Source of the DNA: Balanoglossus misakiensis
Taxonomy: Eukaryota > Animalia > Hemichordata
NCBI GenBank assembly: GCA_040954595.2
Contig: CM082592.2
Location: forward strand, 5,550,209 to 5,614,208
DNA length: 64,000 nt
Reading direction: 5' to 3'
Under the pieces are notes generated by a model. That model was given only the letters and a program-made list of their open reading frames with translations, did not search any database and was not told the DNA's origin. Shown here piece after piece: positions 19,802 through 34,560 of this stretch. The position numbers and the translations under genes are program-made. Numbering within the stretch: position 1 is the first letter of the stretch; each line of letters starts with the position of its first letter.

Positions 19802-19892
19802 GTCGCCATGTTGTTGTGTGTGAGTCATGTGATTCATTCAATGCAAATCGTGGTGACCCGTGTGACCTTCGACGCGTGTGTCATCACATGAC
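19802..19892 (-). promoter_or_regulatory. SLC15A4 proximal promoter with two M-box/CLEAR-like motifs
   Basis: GTCATGTGA at 19824-19832 and TCACATGAC at 19884-19892 in opposite orientations, 140-210 bp upstream of the ATG; AACATGGCG (YY1-like) on the minus strand near 19804-19812. Confidence 0.5.
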
Positions 19893-21907
19893 AAGAACGT
19901 CACAGCTTTCGTAACACCCCCGTGGTTCGTCAATGTTCACTTCCCATTGTATTGCAAACGTGGGAGGATTGAATTATTTATAGTATAACGAGTTCATTCA
20001 ACAGTTCCCTTCGAATTTTGCCTGGTAGAGGATGCAAGTGCCATGAAATTACAGTGAACCACGTGTATCCGACATCCAAGATTTTATGGCCTACTAAATG
20101 TCTAAGTTTGTGTGAAAAACAATCAACAAGCAGGCAAAAACAACGTATAGTATTGTACAAAATTTAATGCTCAATTATTAAGTTGCCAGATAAATCCAAA
20201 CATTGCTTCGTTCCATTGTACATGAATAAAAATGAGGCATTTAAATTCTAAACTAAAAATTTAACAGCCTGTAGGTTACAGTAGCCTGACAATTTTGAGG
20301 CTTCGTCTTGTGGATTATTTCATGTTTGCTTCGTTGAAAAGAAAGCACGTCGATTAATACACCCATACACCCCATGCATAATTCGTGCGAAACAAATTAT
20401 TCGCATTCGTAAAGCAGTGTTATTTCGTAAAATATATTAATACACTTTGTCAAGAGTTGCACTGTCACTCATTTACATGCAAGTCGAGTCGAGTCGTGAC
20501 ATGTTCAACAACAAGTAATGATAGCCATCTCCGCATTCATGTCGCAGGACTGGCGGTACTAAACAAACGGTAAACGAATTTCAGAAATATTTGTGGGAAC
20601 ACTTTCATTCATCCAAAATGTGGATTGGCCACACCAACATCGTACTACTGAACAACCACCTTGAACCGAAACACTACATGCAAATAATGTAATCACGCCA
20701 CTAGCGTTGGCTTGAAAATTACTTTGTTTTTTAAGGCAGTGCTATCCGCTCCGCTAACTTGAACAGCGTCAGCACCGAACGTAATTTGCGCGATTGAAAT
20801 TTCTCACAGGAAGACGACTCTGCACCTCATTAAACTGAATATTTACTAACCATCTGAAAATATAATATTAATAATACTGAGTAAATCATGTACATCCACA
20901 GAAGCCTATATTTCAGGCGCCTCACAAACACATCTCTTTGGCAGTAATTAATGTAAATTGTAAAATGTAGTAATTGATCTTGTCCTGTCCTGTTATTGGC
21001 ATTATAAAGCTCGTGAACTTCACTAGCTCTTCCTTTGGTATTATTTCTTTAACGTATGACGGTCAATTTCAGTCATACAACTATTAATACTTTGCGATAT
21101 GTATTTAATGCCCCGTATACTCATGTACTTAATTCAAGACTGTCCTCAAAGGAGAGATTGGGAATCGGGATTTTGTCTGTCTTTTTAACAACGAGCAAAT
21201 TTTCATCTTGAGGAACTTGACATGCGGGGCTTTAATATCAAGCACCCTCTCCCACCCGAAAAGGGTTTAAGTGTCTAAGTGTTCGAATGACCGTGTGATG
21301 GTGCACTTTTGTGATTGGCTTTTTGTTTTTAATTTTCCATGGTAACTTTGGTTAAATTTCAAATTGTGCACCAACGAATGCACTGACTCACTCATAGCCA
21401 CTGACCGCCCATCCAGTAGGTGCGCGCTATCACGCTTCCGAACGTGAACAGTCACATCACGCGGTTCGCAATCTTTCGTTTGAGGGTAGACCCGAAAAAT
21501 ATACTTATCTCTTCAGTTATGATTTAAAAAGTGTCATTATATTTGATTTGCACCGTCGGAAAGTTAATTATGCTCAAAAAGTGGTGCGTAGACGAGTGAA
21601 GACCGTTTCCTTTGAATAACGCATACAATCGAGGAACACCGCACAAAGTTAAAATCGCAAAAATACTCAGGCTTGCACGATTCAAATGATCCAAGCTGGC
21701 GCCTTATTTCAGTTTAAACGCGTAAACATCGACGCCATATAAAATACTGAGACGAAGTCCTCAACACTGCAATCGTAACAGCACCGCTGGGAATATATAT
21801 TACGTCATCGGACGGTGTCCGTTTTTTGCTTTATGCTATAGTCGCATTTTAAAGTCAATTCCACAATTTGTACACACGATCGAGGAGAGTTCCCGGTCTT
21901 GTAAGAG

Positions 21908-24900
21908 TCAGAGTTTGCTGCTGGTACTTGCGCACGTGTTGAGCATGTGGCCGCCATCAACGGGCAAACATGTCCCGGTGATCTGAGAAGCTGACTGGGA
22001 GCACAGGAACACCGTCAAATCAGCTATCTGGATTATGGTGAGGAAGAGCAGAAGAAAAAACTTCTTATAATTAACCCTTTCAACGCCATAGTCAATTTGT
22101 GTAAAGTCAGCAATGGTGTTGTTGAAAACTGAATTCGAGGCCGGACGTGAATTTATTTGTCAACAACAATAATAATGTTCACCGCACGCAGAAAACGCAT
22201 GCACAGAGTACTCACTTCTTCCGGCAGCACGTATTGCTTCGTCGGATGTCTTTCGTGTAAAAAGTTTTCCTGTAAAATGTAATAATATGAAAACACTCCG
22301 CATTATACCTTCTTGTAATATGTTTTCGACCGGAGGCTGTCTTAAAAAGTTCACCGTCTAAGAAAACAAAGTTCAAGTCACGAATTGTTACACTCCGTTG
22401 TTTGTATGAAATCTGGATACTGGAGAAATTCGAGTCGGAATTTTTGTTTCTTACCGCCATCTCTTTCTCGGGAACTCCCTCCATCTCAGCCAGGAGCGCC
22501 ATACCTTTTCTGGTCACTGAAAGAGCAAGGGGAAAAGTTCAAGACAGAAATTAACAATTTGATAATTTGCGGCCAAGGTGTACTTATGAGAAAGCCAACC
22601 CATTGTGTGGTGCACGTCATTCTGATTTGGTAAAAATTGTCTACATTCATAAATTTGGGATCATTTTCACGTGATGAAATTTCTTTGAAATAAGAAAACA
22701 TCAGTGAAAATACCTACGTCCAGTTTTGACCACTCCCGGCATAATGGCATTGCACGTGATCCCGTGTTCGGCTGTTTCCTTGGCGACGGCCTGTGCAAGA
22801 GACGGGGAGGCAATGGGAAGAAATGGAGGCGGTGTCAGATAATCTTTCTAAGGACACAGAATCACGCCACTGCTTTATTGGAGATAGCCAGTTTTAAAAT
22901 TAGAACGTTCGCAAGGGTGCCACTGTGTGTATCTTATCAACCCACGATACGCCGATTGCGGTTGCGCACCCTGACAAGTGTGTTGTGGATGGAAATAGGA
23001 GCGTGAGAAGATTTACGTTGTTCCCGTCGTGATACACTTTTCTCTTGAAATTCAAAGAGCCGTGTGTCCATGCAGTATAAGTGGACATGTAGACGCCACT
23101 GTCGGGAAGTTATAAATATAAATCGTTGACTGATCACTTTCGTTGATCTCGCATGCAGCTGACATGCACTGGAATAATTAATGATTTGCGGTAAATGTGG
23201 CCACGTGGTCCACCCACCACCCACATCCGCGCACTGGACAATTCGTTTGTCAACCACGTCTTCATCGAATTCTTGTCCGACGTAATCGAAGTGACACAAT
23301 TTTGTGATTACATCGAGACTTAGTTTTTATACATACAAGTTACATCACGGTTTAGATGTTGTAGCGTACAGGAGAAGCTGATCATGAAGCGACCGCGGTG
23401 ACGTCATGATCAGTTGGTGACGTCACCCCATTCTCGTCTAAAATAGCCGGCAACTAAGTTTAAGCTTAACCGATTGGGACATTGCGTTGCCTATAAAAAA
23501 CGCATTCACCGCCATCCATGCATCAAGCTAGATTACTATAAATAACAAAAGTACAAAGCTGTTGGTTGAAAGCGGATTTGCCCCAACCCTGACGCGTTCT
23601 ACTGCATGTGTTACGTTTGTCTTGATATAACTTTGTAAATCTCACCTTTTATGACATTCAAATGACATTACGATCGATCATATCAAGCTCGCAATAGCAA
23701 CATGGTAAGCACCGGTTCAGTTGACGTGGATAATAATTGGGTAGTCAGTATATAAAACTATAGACCGTAGAATGTGTATGATAAAACTGAATAGATTAAC
23801 ATTTGAAAACTGAATAGATTAACACTTACCGCTGTGAGTCCGTTGAGGCCGTGTTTAGCTGCGCAGTACGGGGTCATGAAGATGGAGGGCCTGGCACCTC
23901 CAACGGAGGTTATGTTGATGATTCTTCCCCATCCTAAAAAAACCCCAGAAGGATGGCCAAGTTATTTAAAAAAAACGTAACGGTTGCATAAGGGTACATT
24001 TCGCCATGAGGCGAGCGGGACAGAATAAATTGTTCAGTTTGCAGGTCGGTCTGGTTTAGTGGAGGTTCTTTAAACATGTGATTCTATGTGAAAGTGATTA
24101 GAAGAGGCGTTGTGTATAGGCTTGTTTCCAGCACATCCGTTTTCTTACCTTTATCTTTCATATCGGGCAACAGAAGCCTTATAAGATGAAATGGGGCAGA
24201 GAGCACCACGGCTAAAAGGTCGTTATATCTGTCCACGGGATACGACTCGATAGGGAAGACCTCCGCAAATCCTGAAAAAAACAACAGAAAATTTTCTAGT
24301 AATACGCACAACATCACCTAACTGTTTTATTATACATAAATATTTTTTCATTGTCTTCTGTGAGAAATCCAAGATGCGCATGCGTCGGGCTAAAAGACGC
24401 AAGCAGTTAAACTTAACACAGGCGGTACATATCGTATCTCTGAATATTATATCGTATAAATAGAATGAGTACCAAAGTTGGTGTCGCTTTCTTACAAAAT
24501 TGTAACACAGTCTTATTTATTGACTATGTGCTCTAAAGAGCGACACCTGAAACGTCGACTCTAAAATCGCAGCAAGCCTTAAGTTCATTCGCGCTGTGAG
24601 TGCTTTATCGACTGAAACTGTATATATTCGTGTGTTTCTTGGCCAAATCATATTCGTTTAACAATTTCAAAAAATGAGAAATAACCCCAAAATGGTAATT
24701 TGCATGATAGCATGCTAAAAATAATCGAGTCGTCAATTGTATCTGTCAAATGTGACATTTTTGGAGAAAATTGGATTGATAATTGGTCACCTTTTTTCGT
24801 AGCGCTTTCCACAAGGAGACAAGCTGTCAACTTTTGCACACAAAAATCATCAGTTGGAATGTCTCTCCCGTTTAACTGGAATTTTTAATAACTCGGTTCA

Positions 24901-26190
24901 CATGCCTCCGCGAGCGATTAACGCCGGTGATAACGGAAGCTCCAAAAGTTAAAACGGAAATTTTTCTGTAATAGGAGAAGCAGAATCGTGACGGGACAGG
25001 CATGTGTATGCACTGTACTAATAGAGGCTATTTCAGTCACCTGAGTTGATGACTCGGACTTTGCTCTGTTATTTGTATAATACGCGCCTCGGCGACTGGC
25101 GGATTTTCAGGTTAATGATTTTCCTCAAAACCTTCACATTCTTCGCTATATAAAAGAAAGTGTGTGAAGAGTCTTTTTGAAAACAAAGAAGAAAACTGAC
25201 TGTCGGACATCAATCGACGCCGCAATATATACGCACGCGTATTGTGCTACCTTCAGAAGTGAGCACTTTTGTGCGAATTTCAAAGATTGGGGTTTATCTT
25301 CCTCTGTGTCTATCTTTGATCTTTCTGGTCAAGGGTCAGAAGAGAGCAAAGGATAAAGTCACGGTGATATTGCGCGTCTTCGTTCTGTCGGTCGTTATGG
25401 GGGCAAGGGGCGGCACACACACTTAGTGATATATAAAGTAAACCTACAGTTTTACGCCACCAGAGCTATTCAACTTGAAAGTCAGATTTTCTACTTGCAG
25501 CTGACGAAGCCTTTGGTGGAGGACGTTGCACTGGGGCATCACCTGTTAGGTTGTGACGTCATCACTCACCTGCATTGTTGACGAGAATGTCAATGCCGCC
25601 GGGAAAGTGGCGGTTGCATTCTTGGCAAAGGTGTTCAATATTTTCTTCTTTCCTGAGATCGGACTTGATATAGGTTGCGTTTACTTTGTAATCTCTGGAA
25701 AAAAATGAACACAACTTTATGATTAATAATTATTGTTTTATAATGGAGTCAAACTAAGTGAAGGTGAAACTTCAATAATGCCGTGGCAATAGCTCAATGA
25801 GCTAATCAGTTTTCCTGCAGTGCGAGTCTTCAAGTTTAAACAGTACGGTTTACAAACATTTCTTGTAACTGAAGTCCAGTTTCATGAGTTTAGCATGTCT
25901 TTATTTCACCCGTGTGTGTGACCTTTGATCTTAAACCTATTTTAGAAGAAGAGGCAGCAACTTCAGGTCGTTCGTTTCAGAGTGTATATCAGCGAGTCAA
26001 AGAAACTAAACGACCAGGTGGTCGTGAATCTGAGTCACCTCCTGATTTCCTTCACCAATGGCACGGCGGCCTGGTCGTCTCTGGAACCAGTGAGAATGAC
26101 ATCACATCCGGTGCGAGCCAGCGCCTTGGCGATGGCGAATCCGATGCCTTCACGATCACTGGAGCCCGTCACCAAGGCAACCTTCGGCAT
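21908..26190 (-). CDS. SDR oxidoreductase resembling bacterial D-3-hydroxybutyrate dehydrogenase, copy 1, 8 exons, 270 aa, C-terminal SKL
   Basis: Exons 26190-26039, 25694-25570, 24271-24149, 23933-23830, 22790-22718, 22516-22455, 22269-22216, 22027-21908 (813 nt). Motifs VALVTGSSDREGIG, IDILVNNAG, GWGRIINITS, YCAAKHG, GITCNAI.PG, LPVDGG; ends STSSKL*. Confidence 0.92.
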
Positions 26191-28688
26191 GGTGCTTCCA
26201 TCAAGTCTGGACGGAGGAGAGAAGGATGAAACGGAGATTGCCTTGCAGAAATTGATCAAAGTACTAGGCTAAAATTTATAGCCTACCGAATGGTTTTTGG
26301 CCGTTATGAGTATGCTGACAGAAATACTAGTATCGGGCTAATCGATGCTTCTGACTCTGATAGTTTGAAACTCATTGGTTCTTTCAAAATGCGTATGCAA
26401 AGTACACGGAAACACCCACACTTAACATGCGCGGATGAATGAATCATATACAGCGAAGATGATGAAACGGATTGTCATTATTGGCCAAAAATAGTTTTTG
26501 GCTATTTCTCTGTTTCATCCTGGTGACAGGAAACGGCTGTCACTGTGATTCCGTTGATCTTGATTAAAATGGCATTTAGTGTATATGCCATCTGCCAACT
26601 GGAAAGGTTCATCTCTATCTGGTGATGCCGTGTCATGTGCGTACCACGCGCTGAAGTTACGGATCCACCGCACATACGGGCAGCAACGTGTAACAATTCA
26701 CCGTGACGCGTCATCTTCACAGATAGGATAAATTACCGGACGTATGTCCGACTAAAATCAGATAGATGCCGCCGGGTTTTTCTTTGATAAGCACCCACCC
26801 CTCCCCTATAGACTTCGTGGATGTGACTGCGCGAAGTTGGGAGCGGCTAGCCGACACCGGTTCGGAGGTCGCCAGATCGCTCGGCTGCGTGCGAGGCCCG
26901 CGCTTTAACGGTGTATACGAACACCACACTACACGGCACCAATCGCATACACGACGGTGACTGTGTCGTTTGTGTACACGACTGTTGACAGTGTAATCTT
27001 TCCCCCTTGAGACATGTAATCACGGACCGTGCTCCAATCTAAGGAATGCCACTCTACAGCTGGGGGGGGGGGGATTCAACAGGTGGCGTGGGACGTCAAA
27101 ATCTTAGAGTGGTGGTATTAAAGGTTCACTTGAAGTACTGTGACTTGACATCTTGACGAGCTTACTCGCTGTACCAAAATGACTGTATGGGATGGATGGA
27201 ATGAACGTAAACCTAGAGAAGTATGATAGTACTTACAAACGAGCAGAAAATAAACACACTTACTGTGCGACGCTAAATTAGGCCCAGGCGGTAATCTCAA
27301 TACAACCCGCAGCAGTCAGAAGTAAGCTCGTGTTCACAGAGTTTGAATCCCGCTAGTGCCTCCGACAAAAGGTTTTCTTTTTTGAAAAGGGCTTCGACTC
27401 TTGATACATTTATGTAATGGCCATAAAAGGCAGAAAGTAAGACGTATTCAATCGCCTTTCGATCGTTTAAATCCCCTGTCCGTTGTGCAACGATAAACCA
27501 TGAAAATCATTGTTTTTGTTTCTAAACTGGGTGAAATAATTAACACCATCACGCGGTTAATAGTCGGTGTGTGCATTGATTATTACATAAGGCCATACTC
27601 GGTCCCTCCGTGGAGGAAGTGTGGTTTTAGTTTGAGAGGAGTGAGAGAGGTTGCCAGCGTGGCGATATCGCGTGATCCAAGGCCCACGAGCAACTTGTTT
27701 TCCACGGTCACTGATATAAATGTATGTGGCTTCATTGAGTCGGGCAAACAAACATTCTGGAGGTAGATGAATGGGTAAAACGAGCGATATAAAAAGACAA
27801 CGGTCGCTGTACACAGCGAGAGTGTTACATCACACGACATTTTCTCCGCTTCTTTTATAAACTGGACACTTGCCCTTGAAGGGCAGTGATTTATATCGCG
27901 GCACTACACGTGGTTTCAATCAGCGTCGACAGTCGAGGCTTGAAACCGAATGGAAATTAGCCATTCTTCATATAAGCTGTATGTAGGTTTAATCGTCCGT
28001 TAGTAAAACTCTTGCGTAACAATCTCCGTTATTCATTTCCCAGACCCACCCTTCCCGTTTAATTAAAACAGTTTTCACATGTCATCTTATACTAGTACAC
28101 AAAGTCGGTTATTAACGCCATAACATAATCCCGACAGGGCTGCAGTTTTTTCTTCGTGGCAAAACTTTGTCAGTCGATAATGACGTCACATGAACCACGG
28201 TCCTTCGTAGTGGAGGGACCGTGCGTGAACTGATTTTGCGCTCGTTCGTTGGCGTTGTTCAGACTTCCTACACTATACCCACGCGCGATTTCGTCGCAAT
28301 ACGTGCATCTTTGTCCGAAGGGAGCTTTCAGTATACCATGAGGGGTGGGTGCGCCTGGGGGAAATAGCGAACGGTCCATCGTCATGTAATATATGACCCC
28401 TTAACCCATTTCCCCCGGCCCACCCACCCACCCCTCGTGACAACTGAAAGCACCCTAATCGGGTCATGGCTTCGCGGTGAAGAAGCACTGATAAGGCAGA
28501 CACAGGAAAACTTCGTGATAGGTCTGATTGAGAAGTCGGAGTGGGGGGGGGGGGGGGGGTGCGTGGCGCGTGGGCTGACTGCATTGCTAACCCGTACGTG
28601 ATTCCGCTGAATCTCAGTAAAGTCGGTAAATGTCACAAAATGGTCCCGATAGCTTCCTGCTGTCTCCTTAGGCCTCCGTGACGACCAT

Positions 28689-28770
28689 TTAAAGCCCCAA
28701 TAGCTGTCATGTATTGTCATTATTTTCATGATTTTACGTTCAAATCATGGTCCATTTAAATGAGCTAACT
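28689..28770 (+). repeat. Dispersed repeat end (TTAA-AGCCCCAATAGCTG...), Kolobok-like MITE fragment
   Basis: Related copies at about 31900-31920, 32563-32640 and 60659-60745; the longer ones share ...catgattttac.ttc.aa...ccatt.aaatg. Confidence 0.5.
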
Positions 28771-29907
28771 GATGTGTATATACAAACATACTGTATACCT
28801 CTGATTATGGCTGTACATTTAAATACGAAGTAAATGAATAATAAAAGGGTGCTACACCTGTTTATCCAGTCGCCCACTTTAAAATCCGAGTCGGGGAATT
28901 TTTACTTGTTAAACATTTAAGACCAGATGTAAATGTAATAATGGTGAGAACCATAAAATGTTGGAATCTGCAGATCTAAATTTAGATGAATAAATTATGA
29001 TGTACAATAAATATATAAATCTCTGATAAGGGTGCATATTTGAAACTTTTTTTATATGACCAACTCTGTGCGGCAGGGCTGTTGGGTTATACCGGCTTTC
29101 CCCCCAATTCCAACCACGCTGGCCTGTACGGATCGATTCAATTTGAGGCCCAGCGCAACCCTGCCACGCACGCAGACCCACCGTGACAGTAAAACAAGAC
29201 ATGGCAATTTATGTCAAGTTTTAAATGATCGATGTACTTGCATGAACCAAACGTTTGCATTCCTGTTTTTCCAAAGGAGATCTTTGGTCACAATCTGACC
29301 TATTAGTACAGTCACATGACGACGCCACAGAACCCGACCGGAACCTCAAACATTCCGAGCGGCAAACCACGATTGGTGAAAATCATCGAATTGTCACGAA
29401 ACCAACAAAGTGTTTATAAAGGAGCACAAGTGGGGATGGGTACCAGATGCCCCGTCGGCATGGCAACACCCCTCGCTTATCTGCTGATGCCCCCAGTGGA
29501 TAACCTTTGACCTCTAGCAATTTTTTTTACCTGTCCAACACTTTGTACGTTCATAAATTTCACAACTTTTTAAGTTTAAGTTGATTGTCATGCACGAAAA
29601 TCGCTGTGAGACTGTACAGAAATCGAAATTTTGACCAAAGCCAAGACGAATCATTCATTTGAAATAGGAATAACGACAAACCTACTAAATCCCCGAACCA
29701 GCAACGGTTCCAAAATTAAACAAATATCCATATTTGCATATAGCAGTCGATTCTTGTCAAACACTTATCCATATCCTGTTTGATGATACGAATGCATCAG
29801 CTTTCTGATCGATGTGTTAATAATTACAATTCAAACTTAAGCATGAATAAATTCAAAGTAAAGAAGACAACATTTTGTTGTGGATTATCAAAATGAATGA
29901 ACGGATG

Positions 29908-29909
29908 AA

Positions 29910-30008
<99 letters not shown>

Positions 30009-30009
30009 A
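29908..30009. repeat. (AAAT)n microsatellite
   Basis: Seen directly. Confidence 0.98.
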
Positions 30010-33000
30010 CTTGATGAAATTTTTCAAGATGAAAGACCATGGGCGATGCATCATTTCACATCTCTTAGCTTTGTGTACCCGCACTTACGAGTTCTTTAGG
30101 TGCGGCAGTCATCAAGATTGTACGAATTCCGAACTTTTAATACTCAGCGCCTTTTAAATATTAATAGAACTGAAGTAGCACGTGGTGAGGTTAGTACATA
30201 TATTTAAAGGCATTTGTCAGAGCGGTTGTACAATCCCAGAATTGACCTTGAAATCTCTCTCTGTACTATCGTAGCCAATGCTGTTAGTCTCGAGCTGGCT
30301 CAAATTTGAAAGTTAGACCGAACTTTTATATCTTGCCTCTGACGTGTAGAGGTCGCATTCAATGTAAACTTTGGCCCGATCCCCACCCCGCCCCTCAAGT
30401 ACCCATCGACCCGCAAAGGGCACCCAGGTGCATACTATATACCTTGTTCACGACGAATGCCCCCGCTTTTTATAAATTGCAATCGCGCGCACAGTTTGTC
30501 TTTACTTCGGCGAACAACACGGAGAGCTGCATTTGAATTCATCAAGCATGCACGCGTGTGAACTCCGCAAACTTGCCGTGAAGTCAACGCACTCGCCGAA
30601 AGAACTCGTGCACCCCTTTCTCCGCTCGCCAGAACAGTAAAACCTCGAAGTACAATACGTCCGCGGCCGCTAAGCGGATAATTAAACCCGTCCTATAGTG
30701 TCCTTGACAGCACGTATGTGTGATTGCGTTGCGAAGTTCCACATATGCTCTCGGCGTACATTTTCACGCCGCCACTGACAAGGTCGGAACTGCAAGCACA
30801 GTAGCCGGCCGCATGACAAAATCTCACCTGTACTTTCAACTATTAATGAAACAGGTCGCCCATCTGCATGCCACCCCCAACACTTGCTGTGATGCGCCGT
30901 CAGTGCTGCGGCTTGAACTCCTGAGTAAAACAGCGACGTGGTAAATGCAAGATACTGGACGATACGTATACGGACCAAGCAATCGCTGTATCTATTATAA
31001 CTGGGTCATATCAAACCATACCACTTTGCACATGCGCACTCAGGTGCGGTTGGCTAAACTTTTAATATGTGTAGTACATGTACAACACCGTTGCAGTGCG
31101 ATTTATGTGCAGTGCGATTTATGGCATCGTGCGTGGTGGGGGGGGGGGGGTCGCATGATTCATTATTAGATCACCGTTTGCCGTGAAACTCGAAGCGGCC
31201 CTCACCGCTGGACAATCGATATTGGGGAAGTGAATGAATAACGCACACGTTGCCAGTTGCCACGGTTATCCCTGGCCGTGTTTATACGTGAGAATATTGC
31301 AATAGAGACTGGTTGCTGTCGGAGCCACGCGAGAGGGTAACTTCAGACGTTTGATCAATCGCGGCGGCCCGAACTTTGAAAAGTTGAAAATTCCGTAAAC
31401 TGAGACACTACCACCCTCCTTGCTCATCCATTTAGCGTGTTAAGTGTCAAGATGTGCAGGAAAAATGATGGAAAGGGGCCAGAGTTGCTCGATCTGGATG
31501 AAATTAATTGATTGTTCTTGCTCAGTATTTGAACACTGAGTCGACAAAAGTGATCGCCGCTAATTGAACGATCTATCTACACTGTATGTCTTTGGTGTCG
31601 CTTATAACGATCGATTATATTTCATTGTTTAAAATTACATATACATGTGATGTATATTCTATAGAATTTATAAACTTAACGGAGAGCAAAATTTCGAGCA
31701 AAAAACTTGCCCGTCACTTCGTAAAACCCTCCCTTGGTTACTAATAGTGATTCATGTTAATACCTGAAAACACCGGTATAAACTACGCACGCACACACAT
31801 ACGCACGCACGCGCACAAATTAAAACACTATCAACTCAAACTTGCAATTGCTGCACATTTCAGTACAGGAGTATACTAGTATGCACCCATGTGTGCCCAT
31901 TAAAGCCCCATTAGCTGCAACTCGATAAACACATTAAGTTTTAAACAATCTCGGATATGCTCTGTGTTACGTTACACCGTTCTACATATTTAAGTTGTAG
32001 TGGCCACAATATGGTATACATAGTCGAATGGTTCTCTAACTGTCGTTTTACACAAGTAGCGGAGATAATTATGGAAGGAAAATAGCCAGGATTATTTTCA
32101 AACTTACCTCGCAACCTGTTCCATTTGATTTGAAGGTCAGGAGAATGACAGAATGTTGCAGTTTTTTTAGGAACATGCTCTAACTTGTGACAACGAAGTG
32201 ACGGCAGCATTCATTTGTTTTGTCAGCCTTGGAACTTCCACTCCTTGCAACAGTTATTTTTGATATGCAAACAGGGCACCATCAAAGACAAACGACCGTG
32301 TGACGCGAGGTGCTCCCGTAAATCGCGGTCTGGAATTTTTGATCGAATAACACGGCATACAAAACGATGATTTGAAACGCGAACCGGTTATGTAACGGGG
32401 CCGTAAAACAGAATGCTATGCTTCAGAGCGGCTAAAGTAATCGATAAGCGAGAGTTGGAAATTTTTACACCTCTCATGGCATGATCATAATTCATTGATG
32501 CGTCCATTTTTGGGGGTGGCGTGGTTAAGAGTAGGTTAAGAGGTGTGCGCATGGATGCTACTGTAAATCCCAGTAGCTGCCAATTTTTGATTATTTTCAT
32601 GATTTTACTTTCGAACTAAAATGCTCCATTTAAATGGGTATACACGAACATATTATTAACTTAACCTCTGGTCTGGATTTGTTCGAATTCAAAACATGGC
32701 GAAGTCAAGTTAACCCCCTTTCTCTTTGAAATTGACCCTGCATTGTCCATATTTGACACAGTTACCTCGTATATATAGAGCACGTATCAGGTTAGGGTAT
32801 GTGATACTGATATGATAAGTGGACCAGCTTGAACTCTTTTCACGCGTTTCATGTCAAGTAGGCCCACTTCAGAATTTCGTACCTTCTACCTAGATTCTCG
32901 CCGTTTCTTTTGAAGAGACGCGCGTGGTAGTGAGAAAATCAACAAATATCCAAGCCTAGCAATTATTTCTCGGTATTAATTGATAGTCCATTTGCCGAAC

Positions 33001-34358
33001 TCCACGAGATCCTCCGAGATCTCGCATGGCTAGGTAGTTTATATTTAATCTCTGATCTCTGGCCATAATATTCTCAGAAAGCACCAGCCCAAGGGAGATA
33101 TTTTAGTAACCGGAGTCTCTGGTTTGGCACATGCGCATAAGACGATTGTCGCCCTTTAAGACCATCAAGTACCATACCATTAGGAGATGAATTTCCAAAG
33201 CTAGAAGAAACATGGAAGACAGTTAGCACTGTGTCGGTCCAAGCATTTACAATTCCGACCCAGTCGACTGCTCCATTATATTGTACTTTGATTAATACTA
33301 CCCGAGTCATAGGGACTCTCTCCGAGGAATGGTGGCGATACGACGCTATCAACACAGAAATTCCCCCACGGAGATCAAAGGCCCATGAGTTAATGTTCTG
33401 TGTACTTTCTTGACCCCAAAATAGCTTCCAGTTTTTTCGAATATTCTTGGGGTGGAATAGGCAAGACTATTGAATGCAACTACATTCTAAATTTCAGTAC
33501 AATTAATTCCACCGGATGACTCCGCCATGTTTCTGTGAAGGTTCTATCAATGTGTGTATGTGATATGAAACGCGCACACTGTTTTGGCATATTAGCATGG
33601 GGCAGCCATATTTCAGTGGGTACCCGTTAATTGTAACTCAGACTCTGAGATAAACTGTCCCAACCCACCAGAAAGTTGTCGTTATTTCGTCCAATTCCCA
33701 CGTGTATAGTGCTGTCGTGTTCAAAGACAATCTAAACGGAGGAAGAATTATTTGCTTTTCGTCAGTCCCTCCCTGGAAATAAATTGGTCGTTCCCTCACG
33801 GCGCTACCATGCGAACGCGGCAACGTGACACACTTTTAATACACACTCGACAATTGACACTGCGTCAATGTAATAGGTAACAGGATATACCCGAGGAAAT
33901 GTGTATGGATATCGAATATCCCAGGTCCATTGTCCACTGGGACTCGGTAATTGTACCCTCCTTCAACGCAGTGGGTTCGGACCTGATGGGAAAATAAACT
34001 TGTCCCCACCGGTGGGAAATATCTTAAACGCAGCTGCTGCCGTCAAGGTATTTAGTTTCGCCTTGAAAACACTGTTATTTCGGTAATATTTACTCTAACA
34101 ATCGATTAGGGCTCGTGTACCACTTGGCATGACGTGAGTGACAGGTGCTAATTGGTTTGAGGAGAATCCGTTGGCATGGGAACAGTGTGATGAGACCAGC
34201 CCAGAGAAAAGAAACTGTTTCGAAAACCATGCGAAATATTGAGTGCTTTTTGGCTGGTGATATCGTTAGAAACACACAGCGCCGGAGCGAGTAATGTCAT
34301 ATAGATTTTAATCGAACCATCTTTTTTTGTCTATTTCCCGAAATAACTGAATAAATAA

Positions 34359-34560
34359 ATGACTGCTGGTAGCACAGCCATCGTCTACCTCAAAGACACC
34401 AATGCACTGTTCGTCGGCGGGCTGATGGTTGCAGTGGCCATCGAACACTGCAATTTGCACAAACGAATCGCTCTGCGGGTTTTGTTGCTAGTTGGATCAA
34501 GCGTTCGCTGGTGAGTGGGCTTTTTTGGGGGAAATCAAACATCACCGAGAAATAAATGTG
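34359..34560 (+). pseudogene. Orphan inverted fragment of SLC13 exon 2 plus the start of intron 2
   Basis: 34359-34510 translates [50 protein letters not shown](W), followed by gtgagt. It is the reverse-complement homologue of about 56600-56796. No other SLC13 exons are nearby. Confidence 0.9.

Noticed and set aside
16184-19914. Long plus-strand ORFs of 170 and 204 aa
   Set aside because: Antisense shadows of GC-rich SLC15A4 exons.
20900-21900. Faint inverted similarity to 50.5-50.9 kb downstream of SDR2
   Set aside because: Only short AT-rich matches by eye; not supportable without an alignment.
23784-23824. 23-bp tandem duplication next to an SDR1 donor; similar 16-bp duplication near 51082-51116
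   Set aside because: Ordinary slippage duplications; splice signals are unaffected.
21908-26190. Bacterial contamination as the source of the BdhA-like genes
   Set aside because: Both copies have seven canonical spliceosomal introns in the coding region and sit among animal genes.
27000-34300. 7-kb stretch with many short ORFs between SDR1 and GST1
   Set aside because: I could not assemble a gene or recognise a domain; it looks like regulatory DNA and decayed repeats, though a small or non-coding gene cannot be excluded.
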